64,000 bases of DNA from Octopus vulgaris (taxonomy: Eukaryota): the NCBI GenBank assembly GCA_951406725.2, contig OX597819.1, positions 63,488,001-63,552,000 on the forward strand. Reading direction: 5' to 3'. Numbering within the stretch: position 1 is the stretch's first letter; the number at the start of each line of letters is the position of its first letter. A program made the position numbers and the translations under genes. This document shows positions 52,916 to 64,000 of this stretch, in pieces. A model generated the notes under the pieces. The model ran no database searches and was not told where the DNA came from. It saw nothing but the letters and a program-made list of their open reading frames with translations.

Positions 52916-55900
52916 TATTTATCATGGTCCTAAAAGCCCTTATTATCTTAATATTATGGAAATTGCTTGTTTGCAGCCCCTAAATTGTGATTATCACAAT
53001 TTCTATGACTCTCTATTTAGATGATACCTATATATAAAACTTAAATATATATTATCGACCATTGAAGTTGGACATCGAACGAGAGGTATCCTGTGTGAAG
53101 TATATCTACGATGATGCACATCTCAGGAGGACAAACCTATTTTTTGTTATTTCTGTAAAATCTGTTATGCGTGGGATCTTGTGCCTTCTATTCTATATTG
53201 TAATACATTTCATTCAATCCTTCACTAGATCGCCACAGATATGTCAGTTTATAGTGACATATTGCTTCCTTGAAATGTCCCATTCTACCGTTCGTAGTTT
53301 CATTCTGTTTCATTTTAAATGTTTGTTACTTTCTGTAGTAAACACTTCGTTCCCAGTGTCATTTTAAATACAATAAACTGATGCATCTGCATTTCAAAGG
53401 TTGCACATTAAATACAGTATTTCTTTTTTCATTATCTTCTTTAATCAAAAACATTCTTTATCGGCAAATTTAATAACATTTATTGATATCGTTTTACAAT
53501 GAGGTTAGAAAGTATTATGACAAAATCAAAACAATACTTATTTTCACTGAGGACAGCGAGATCTCAATCAATATTTTGCATACATAATTTTTAAATGCAA
53601 ATAATTTTTGAACGCAAATAAACCAATCGCTTCTGTGTTCCACACATCTTCACTTATGCGACAAAGTGTTTATAACGAACTCGATTCATCGATGCAATGG
53701 ACTCTACACACCGGTGTTTCGATATGCTGTGTCTCTTCAGTCAGATCTTCACGAACCAGTGAGACTTAACAAACTCAGGAAACAAAACTGTTTGCTGATC
53801 AGTGATGGTATCTGCCAACTGATAAAAAAATCGTTTTTTGCACTGTGTACAGGGAGATCTGAAACGATAATTTACATATTTATCCTTATTATGTTTTGGC
53901 ATATTCCAATACAAATATGCTAGTCGTACTTGAGTGTGTCAAAGAACAAACATTCCTTTCTACGACAACAGGGTCATCACACTAGCTTCTTATTGATGAA
54001 AGTAAATCTAGACATCTCAGTCTAGATGTCCAGAAGTAATCAGGTCTTTGAGCCCAAAAAGCTACTAGTTCTTTTTAGAAACTCAGCGAGCAAGCTCTTT
54101 GCTGATCAGTACTAGTCCTATCATAACGATATTACTTTTATGATTCTAATCGTCTTCAGCTTATTATCTTTAGCTTCCTCTCCATTCCCAGTTTACTTTG
54201 TGTTCGTTTTATGTTTGTTGATTTCATTTTGATTTCCTCATATTTGTCTCCTTTTATTCTCTGTTATATGTGTTCAGTTTTATAAACGATATTTTCATAA
54301 CACTTTTCAAGCTACAGAATATCCCGACCTCCATGTATGGTAAATGCATCAAATTTTTCTAAACCGGACTATACGTAATATATCCTAAATACAGAACATA
54401 TTGTTCTTGTACTGCAGTCTAGCTCAGTCTATCATTGTGGATGACCAAGTTTCAACTCTCAAGGTGGCTACTTCATGTATCTATCTAAAGTCAATACGAA
54501 TAGAATATACGGCCAAAATCCACCTCCATTCCCCTGCTGTTGATATGACTGCTTAAATATCAATTGCTATGAGTGAGATCGATAAATCGATCAACGGTTT
54601 GTCTCTATCGCTGCAGAGGTAGAAATAGATATTTATCTTGTCATTCATTTGAGCAAAACCTTGAACAGACACAAATACAGAAAATAATTAAAATGTCAAC
54701 CGTAAATATCACTAATGTTAAATATGTAAGTAAATAACCATGTCCCGAGAGTATGTATCTAGGTATCGATTCTTTAAACATAATTAGCTGCTGAATTTTG
54801 TAGTTGTTATTGTTTAACGTCGATTTAGCTGTGATAGACAGGACATATTAAAATGTTGCTATCTACGAGAATTCTTACTGTTTTTAGGTGTAATACGGAA
54901 ACATTTTTCTCCAAAATGCCACATTTATTTATATGATGGTACTTAACATCAGCTGTCATATGCGCTGGCTTTTCAAACTGATTTAAAAATACTTGGTCTC
55001 TTCCATACAAGCTTATTAAACAATGGTTATATTTTAAGAAAACAGTGCATTATCAACATTACATTACAACACTTGGTGTGGATGGGATCACGATATCCAG
55101 AATATATAAGATAGAAGTTCTGTTCCACGCGTGGAAAATAATATTATTGCTAAGACAATTTATTCAACAGGGTTCTCTTACACCTTTGACAAAGAGACAT
55201 CGGCTATAGATATGTAAGTATGGCGCATATATTCAGTGTGTTGCTACATTATATTATGGAGTTTTATTTAAGCTTGTCTTAGGCTGGCTTAGGCTAGCAT
55301 AGCAAGTCTACATGTTAATATGCTCGTCCTTGAAATCCCTCTAGTTATAATATCTAAACATAAGCAATATATTTACGGCCTTAGGTGTAGGTAAATATTT
55401 GTTCCAAAATATATCATTCTGGCATATTTTAATAACATATGGTAGTCACTTTTGTGTACATCACAGAAAGACAACTCCTTTTATCGACAATATGCTCATA
55501 TCATGCTCGCCTCAGCAGTGCAAGTGATACACTAGACACTTGTCTTTCGGCATGATATTTTATCTCGTCAGTTAGAATTACCTTGAACTGTTAGACTAAA
55601 CAAGCCCCTTTTCTCCCGTAAAAAAATGGTTCTCAGTCACTTGAGATATTAGTGTAGCTACTTTCAATTCCTACGCGGAAAAGTAGTCAATAAAAATATG
55701 TAGATTTTTAAGAAACAAGGAAATGCGATAGTATACGTTTTAACATTGAGGTAAGCTTAAAGCAAGGAGATAACATAATCTTTAGCACACCAGGCAAAAT
55801 GCTTAGTGGCATTTCGTCTGGCTTTACGTTCTGAGTTCAAATTCCATCGCAATTGACTTTGACTTTTGCTCTGTACGTGAGCGATAAAATAAAAACCAGT

Positions 55901-57534
55901 TGAGCCGAGTTCGACTATGACTTTCATATTTCGGGGTCGTTGGTATAAGTGCCATTCTGCCACTTTCTGTTATTGCCTTAACTATTTTGTCACATTCTAT
56001 AATTGCCTTATCAATTCTGCTCTTGCCTTGGGTCGATATAATTTCCTTATCCATTCCGGTCTGGAGCCAAAATTTGATACTAATATTGAGTGCAGTATAA
56101 GAAGGCGAGCTGGGAAAATCGTTATCGCACCAAGCAAATTGCTTCGCAGCATTTCATTCGTCTTTACGTTTAGAGTTCAATTCCCACGAGGTTGACTTTA
56201 TCTTTCATCCTGTCGATAGAAGAAATATCAGTTAAGCACTGTGTATCGAACTGGTCGGCTTATGCCACAGTTTAAGACAAATATTGGCTTAAACGTAGTC
56301 AATAATCTACAGATGAACGTGAATGGCGTTTTGTGTGTGTGTGTTTGAATCTATACATGTATGTGTTTACACATGCGTGTATATCAGTATGTACACACGC
56401 ATATATATGATATGTGCATGTGTGTGAATATGTGTGTTTGAGTGTATGTATAATATGTTGTACAATTTGAACTTGATATGCGTGTATATATGTATGGACA
56501 CGCACACATACAATATGTGCATGCATGTGTGTGATTATGTGTACGTATGGACAATATGTTGTACAATTTGATCTTGGTCATAATATATTGAAGATAAAGA
56601 GTATTCAGTGCGTATTTAAAATAAAAAGAAAAAAAACATTATTGAAATATTTGAATGATTCGTTGCCTCTGTGTAACTGTCGATCCCAGATCAATTGGAA
56701 ATTCGATGGCTTATACAAAAATAGAACCGCGGGAGATTGAAGACTCCAACGCGGTCCTCCAAAACTGAGGCAATGCATCATTAACCATGAAGAAACAGAT
56801 ATTGACCTTAGAAATGTAAAATAGGTAAGTATACATCATAATTGATTCCAAGGAAAAGAAATAAGATAAGGTCAAAAGTAATAACAAACACAGAAAACAT
56901 AACTAACGAACAAAATTGCCAAACAGTATACAATAAAAACAAAAGCGACCATATATGAAATATACAACAAAATCGAAGATGATAAATATCTGTCTAGACG
57001 TCAACATCTTTAATTATATTTAATGAACTTTAAAGTTAATTACACTTACCCGTATTTTTTTTTTAAGAACAGTTTCACATTTTCTTCCCAGAATTTATAA
57101 ACTGGTGCATAAGTACGTTAGTGAATATTCAATATTCAGAGAGATTTTGAATAAACGAAATGTTATTGGACATATATTTAAAGTGGTTAATATATGTAAA
57201 TGTATGTATTTATGTAGATGCCGGTATGTGTATGTATGCATATGTGTATAAGTGTATATGCTCAGGTCAACAGAGACATAGACACGAACACACACATACG
57301 TATATGTTATGCATTTATAAATGTATATATATTCATTTATTCTTCGACGAGTTTCAATCTGAAAATTCATCCCAAGGACTAATTCTTTGTAAGTCTAGTA
57401 CTCATGGTATCGGTCACTCTGCCGAACCGCTAAGTTACGGGACCGTAAACGAACCAACATGGGTTATTAAGCGATGGTGGGAGGATACACACGGACACAC
57501 ACACACACACATATATATATATATCTATATATGC

Positions 57535-57567
<33 letters not shown>

Positions 57568-57577
57568 TGTATATGTA

Positions 57578-57651
<74 letters not shown>

Positions 57652-58268
57652 CACACACATTTACACGCATATGTGTATATGTATATAATACATGCATAGA
57701 GAGATAATCAAGCAGATAGAGTGATAGATTGATGGAGTGATAAATATATAATGAGATAGACAAATAGGTATGTAGGTTAATAGATCAATAGATACATATG
57801 TAGGTAGATAGATAGACAGATAGAATAAATTGATGGATAGTTATTCGGATAGAATAAATTGATGGATTAGACTGGTAGTTAAGTAGATTGCTGCAAACAG
57901 CGATAATATTATATTCTCCTGTTACAAATCAAAATACTCGCTAATTCAAACATCAACATGTGTAATAAAGTAAATGCACACCATTCAAAAAAAGTCTTCC
58001 TACTAATGCATACCGTTAAGAAATAACAGAAAATAATGCAGTATTAACATAAGAAATATAAGGTAAGATGAAAATAATATGGAGATTATAAACTTGGTTA
58101 ATGTATTAAAGATTTACTCCATTTCGCTGTTGAGGTAGAAAGTAAACAAAGAAGATGGGTAAAAAGAATAGCATAACGAGAACCAATAAAACAACCTCCT
58201 AATATGTATAAATACTCAGCGTACTATGGTATGCTATTGTGTCTTTGTTCTCCAGGGTTTCGTTTTAC

Positions 58269-58300
<32 letters not shown>

Positions 58301-58317
58301 TGTATGTTTCGTCTTAC

Positions 58318-58349
<32 letters not shown>

Positions 58350-58505
58350 TGTATGTATGTATGCATGTATGTATGTATGTATGCATGCGTGTATATCATC
58401 ATTTAGTTATATTTCAATAGAGAAAGAGCCGTTTTCTAACCTAGATCCCAAACTCTTTCATTGGAAATTTAACATCAACAAAGGGTTTCTTTTTATGTAT
58501 GTATG

Positions 58506-58539
<34 letters not shown>

Positions 58540-58650
58540 TGTATGTATGTATGTATGTATGTATGTATGTATGTATGTATGTGCAGATTCGTATGTTTTA
58601 TGTATGTATTCTCATGAATATAGCTGCATATCTAGATATGCTCATATATA

Positions 58651-58870
58651 TTAAATGATAAATTTCTGGAAAGTTTTACAGATTTTTACAGTTCTAGTGA
58701 TGGATTGGATCTGTATTCTTCGAATTAACTTTGTCCTTTCTGGTTCTGAGACGCCTATCTTCTCAACACTGGTATTTAGGCAGTGTGTTAGATATCCCAG
58801 GGCCCCAATAATTACAGGTATAAACCTGAATTTGTAAGCTAGATAGAGTAACTTCAGATTTCTCAGAGCA
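58651..58870 (-). mobile_element. 3' end of an R4/Dong-like RLE LINE
   Basis: YKFRFIPVIIGALGY...IRRIQIQSITRTVKICKTF. Confidence 0.7.
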
Positions 58871-59824
58871 TCTTGGATATACCAGGTTGAGGCATAGATT
58901 TGATAAAGGGTTATAATCGAAGACACTTTTCCAAGTACCAGTGCAGTGGAACTGAACTCAAAACGGTATGATTGCGGAGGACTTCTTGTCTATATATGTG
59001 CATGCTTTCATTAATGTGTGAATTTGTGTATGTAAAAATTGAATGACAAGCAGTTGTGATGTGGTTAAGAAGCAAAATGTAAAAGTACTATTTTATGAAA
59101 GCCTCGGTAAGGGTACTTTTGATAGCGTCTGTGTTTGTTAGAGTATTTTATATAAATATGTATTTAATAAATAATGAGCAGATTAAAGAAGTGAATTGAG
59201 GTATATTTTGGCCTGCAGTGGAAGCCTGGCGGCTTTAAGATTTATTGTGAAGTGGTAAATTCAGATCGTGGTCTTTTGGAGCTAATACAACAATTGTTCG
59301 TAGGTGGGCCACGGATTTAGAACCTGCAGCTACTATACGTCATTATAATACAATATACAAAACATTAGACAGGAAATCATTCGCTGATATCATGAGAATT
59401 TATGCAATATTCCACATAAATGTGAATACCTTTGCAGAAAGATACAAACCACAGCACAAAATATCGATAAACTATCCATAATATATATTATGAAATTAAC
59501 AACATTGTAATGATTGTTAGTGTTTCAAGTCTGGCATTGACGATTCTAATATAAGAATATTCTTGAGATATTTGGGGACTTGGCAAAGCAGGTGTAAAAG
59601 ACGCCAATACTAATAATAATTCATTCTCATAACGTGGTTTACGTTCTTAAAGTGGAAAGAATGGATTTAGAAACGAGATTTTTTACGAAAATGAACACAG
59701 ATGTCTTGTAAGGTAATATGTTAGTAGTTTTAATTAGGGCATAACAAAGAGTAAACTGATTCCCTATACGTACATAAACACATATATGTATGATGGACTG
59801 CTGAAATCTACAAATTTTTGTTCA

Positions 59825-59899
<75 letters not shown>

Positions 59900-60124
59900 T
59901 GTTTATTTTCTCTTTTTCCCCATTATGTTGAAGAGCCCAGGCTCGAAACCTAAAAGGCATTTTCATTTTTCACGAGCATCAAACTATTACATTTGTTTGC
60001 CCCGTCTTTTATTTTTCTATCAAATTCAACTATATATATATATAAGTGTATGTGTGTGTCTGTATATATGTATGTATGTAGGTATGTATGTGTGTATATA
60101 TATATATTCTTTCTTTTATTATTT

Positions 60125-60500
60125 TATTTGATTCAGTAATTTGACTGCGGCCATGCTGGAGCACCGCCTTTAATCGAACAAATCGACACCAGAACTTATT
60201 CTCTGTAAGCCTAGTACTTATTCTATCAGTCTCTTTTGCCGAACCGCTAAGTAATGGGGACGCAAACACACCAACATCGGTTGGCAAGCGATGGTAGGAA
60301 GAACAAACACGGACACACAAATACACACACATATATACAACAGGCTTCTTTCAGTTTCCGTCTACCAAATCCACTCACAAGGCTTTGGTCGGACCGAGGC
60401 TATAGTAGAAGTCACTCGCCAAGGTGCCACGCAGTGGGACTGAAAACAGAACCATGTGGTTGCTAAGCAAGCTACTTATCACACAGCCGTGCCTGCGCCT
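60125..60500 (-). mobile_element. SINE family A. Partial copies at 3085-3255 (-), 57375-57480 (-), 34300-34455 plus 35500-35685 (+) and 63365-63431 (+)
   Basis: Reverse complement of the 16469 copy. Confidence 0.85.
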
Positions 60501-61117
60501 ATATACTTAAACGTAGATGAACGTAGATGCACGTAGATGCGCACAACAGTTAAATAGAGATAGCTTGTAACATCCTACGAGACACATACAAAAATACATA
60601 CACGCACACACACACACATACAATTACTAAGAAGAACAGAAATAATACTTTATTTTATAGTAGATATATTTCATTCACGACATACTGGGAACACCAGAGA
60701 AATCTCCGTCTAGCGTCAAAAAAGTACTAAAATATTACTCAAAATAAAATTATTGCAGAAAGAAATTAAGCATTAGAGCTTGAATAATTTTTAGCGTACC
60801 GCTGTTGGATCACACACAACCTGTGGCTAAATCGCAAAATCTACTTGAAAAACAAAAGTTCTGAAGCGAAAATAATTCATGTCTTGTTTTAAACACAAAG
60901 CAGAATTATTCAAAATTTGTTGTCCCACAGTTAAATAATCAAGTATATCAATGTTGATGGATACAAACAAAGCACATTGTCAGATGCACAAATGTACACA
61001 CACTTGACCAGTCTTAATGTTGCTGTATATAACTTTCCTCCTATTTTCATCTTACTTTTGTAACGTGTATATATATATATATATATATATATTCATATAT
61101 ATATATATACTTTTATA

Positions 61118-61223
<106 letters not shown>

Positions 61224-61356
61224 GTGAATGAGAAACGAAGAGAGAGAAAGATAGGATTGAGGGATGGATGATAGAAAGATATGAAAGTGTACATAATTAT
61301 CTATACATACATACATACATACAGACACACACTTAGAAATATTAACATGCATGTAA

Positions 61357-61431
<75 letters not shown>

Positions 61432-61991
61432 AACTCGCCTCATAAAGTAGGTTGTACACAAAATCCTATTACAGACATCATCGAAGGAAAGACACATAAG
61501 ACATTCTAATCTAGCAGAAAAAAAAAATAAAACCTAAACCTGAAAGATTCTGGTTAAGCGGGAACTAACATTCAAGCTTTCGTGAAGTGCATACAAGCTA
61601 ATCCTAATCTTCATATTTCAGAACATAGTAGGTAAGTTATAAAAATAAAAAAAATGAGCCACGGATTTCATGGTTTTCTCTTTTTAGACAACTGGACAAA
61701 CATGTCAATAGCAAAGCTTATTTATTTACGTGATTTTCTGTGGAATACAGAATGCACCAGTTGGTGACAATCGATTGATTGTGGTAGATATTTGCAGATG
61801 TTGTAGTTGAACATATTCTCTGAAGTTGTAGAGTTTTATTGCCTGTATCTGCCTATATCCTGAAATGGAATGCATGTGTGTAACGGTACGTTTATGTAGA
61901 CATGTATACAGATATGTGTATGAATGCTTACATATAAACATATGAACATACATGTGTATATATATATATATATGCTTGTATGTATATGTCT

Positions 61992-62064
<73 letters not shown>

Positions 62065-62068
<4 letters not shown>

Positions 62069-62253
62069 ATCCAAACATGAAAACACAAAGAGAAAACACA
62101 ACAACGCGAGGACGTAGAACAAATATAGTATTACTGGACGCTCAGGAAGGAAGGGAAGAAGGAGGGTTTAACGTTTCGAGCGGAACTCTTCGTCAGAAAC
62201 ATAGGAAAAGGAAAGATCCAGAGTAGGGAAGACGGAGGAAAAAATCGCCAACG

Positions 62254-62255
<2 letters not shown>
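62065..62255 (-). mobile_element. About 190-bp Penelope pLTR-like element with a minimal HHR at 62166-62200
   Basis: gttt-CTGACGA-a-gagt(tcc)gctc-GAAA-cg-TT-aaac. (TA)n on both sides. Homologous to 3955-4152. Confidence 0.7.
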
Positions 62256-62319
<64 letters not shown>

Positions 62320-62349
62320 ATATGTATATATAACAGCTAAGCCATAACG

Positions 62350-63060
62350 CTTCAGGACAAGTTACTGCAACTGCCTGGATTTCAGGGACCCACAGCTTTT
62401 TAATATTCTCCCAAAGAGGCTGAGGAACCTGCACAAAATAAATGTAGGTGGTTTTAAATCAAAGCTGGACCTCTGCCTCTCGAGAGTCCCAGATAAGCCT
62501 ACCGCACGGCAAGATGTGCAAATGAGGGTAGCTACATCAGACTCTATTCTTCACCTAGTGCCACATATTGGAGGAGGCTCTTAGTGATAACATTGTAACA
62601 AAATGGTGGTGCATCAGAAAGGCCGCAGCTTTGAGCTGCAACTACATTAAAAAAATATGTGTGTTTGTGTGTGTGTATGCATGTGTATAAGTAGGTATAT
62701 GAATGTATGTTCATTCCCCACGTGCTATAAATACCAGGACTCAAAGCAAATGTAGAGTATTCATTAATATATTATAAACGAAAGGCTTCGATACAAAGTA
62801 TTCCCGATTTCTCATTTCTAATCATCAGCTGGTAAATCGAACCTGGTTTTCTTTTGGATCTCTTCCTCTCAGGTGTCCCAGATGAACCAACTTCACAGCA
62901 GGAGGTGCAGATGAGGGCAGCTGCATCGAACTCTCTCATGCACCAAATGGCAATTGCTAAAAAGCATTCGTGAAGTAAAATCATGTAGCAACACCAAATG
63001 GCGGTGCCTCAGCATGGCCACAGCTCATGAGCTGAAACTAGATAAAATAAAATAAAATGA
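62350..63060 (+). mobile_element. Two 3'-terminal fragments of a CR1-type LINE with 3' tail; a related ORF end at 20145-20282
   Basis: PQLFNILPKRLRNL..FKSKLDLCLSRVPDKP and LDLFLSGVPDEP. Tail ggcggtgcctcagcatggccacagctcatgagctgaaact followed by (aaaat)n. Confidence 0.65.
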
Positions 63061-63439
63061 AAATAAATATATATATAGATAGATAGATAAAACTTAGACA
63101 TTTTTCAACCAAAGACTGGTCCAGGCCATGTCTAAATTACTAGCACCATTTATATAGTTGGAATTTACACAGAAAAAAAAAAACAAAAGACGAAGACGCG
63201 TGTGTAAACAATAAACAGATGTATTAGTTTAAACGCTCGTGAAGTGAGAGAGCCGTTTACGTTTCGAGTCTACGCTCTTCAACAGAAAGGAACACATAAA
63301 TGAATAGGGAGAGAAATTAAAAAGGTTTAGTGGCTAGCGATCATATATATATATATGTGTATAATTCCGGGTTCAGTCCCACTGCGTGGCACCTTGGGCA
63401 AGTGTCTTTTGCTATAGCCTCGGGCCGACCAATTCTCAG

Positions 63440-64000
63440 TTTGTTCAGATGGACTAAGTGATTGGCTAAATAAGAGGAAGAGAGCAATGCCGTTTGCAAT
63501 ACATATGATATGGAGAGTGGAAAGGATCATTTCATGGACTGTTATATCTTATTTCTTTACTACCCACAAGGGGCTACACACAGAGTGGACAAACAAGGAC
63601 AGACAAACGAATCAAGTTGATTATATCGACCCCAGTGAGTAACTCGTACTTATTTATTCGACCCAGCAAGGATGAAAGGCAAAATTGACCTCGGCGGAAT
63701 TTGAACTCAGAACGTTGCGGCAGACGAAATACAGTTAAGCATTTCGCCCAGCGTGCTAACCATTCTGCCAGCTCACCGCCTTGTTGGACAGTTATTTCTG
63801 CAACGATAATGTAAGTGGGTTTACTGTAAAGACCAAGCATAAGATTGTGTATCCCAGCTTGGAATCAGCAAGAAGAACAGTGCCACACAACCATGATGAT
63901 CTTCCTATTCCAATACCACCATAAAATGACCTTCAGATGTCTGACGAAGATGTATTTCCTGAAGAAAATACTACTGCTGTGGAAGACACCTAAGTGGGTG
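63440..64000 (+). mobile_element. Chapaev-like DNA transposase N-terminal fragment, split by a SINE
   Basis: WLNKRKRAMPFAIHMIWR..DHFMDCY / YFC...GFTVKTKHKIVYPSLESARRTVPH..LPIPIPP. Family assigned from remembered motifs, not from a search. Confidence 0.6.
63549..63782 (-). mobile_element. SINE family C inserted in the Chapaev-like fragment, TSD tggac(t/a)gttat
   Basis: Reverse complement of 32912-33146. TSD at 63535-63545 and 63785-63795. Confidence 0.85.

Noticed and set aside
53940-54560. Possible LINE RT remnant on -
   Set aside because: Only a YLG-like motif is visible among many stops, which is insufficient evidence.

Overview
AT-rich, microsatellite-saturated eukaryotic DNA with no recognisable host protein-coding gene. 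The SINE families and the density of (TA)n/(CA)n/(GATA)n suggest an octopus-type cephalopod genome (inference). Nearly all ORFs in the track are microsatellite artefacts. The real content is decayed transposons: a near-complete HERO-like RLE LINE, an RTE LINE, R4/Dong and CR1-type fragments, mariner/Tc1 relics, a Chapaev-like fragment, a Helentron-like HINE, a Penelope GIY-YIG fragment and three tRNA-derived SINE families. The main unannotated signal is about 20 type I hammerhead ribozyme (HHR) motifs from at least 7 unrelated non-coding repeat families. These include a young 352-bp tandem retrozyme-like array with 5 HHRs (37253-39141) and a 364-bp family with a compensatory U3-A8 core (44563-45496). 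Most of these families share one architecture: an inverted segment joined to sense or tandem copies, inserted in (TA)n. This suggests a Penelope-mobilised retrozyme system. A ~370-bp patchwork insertion copied from five nearby templates interrupts the HERO LINE. All folds were read by eye and none was computed.
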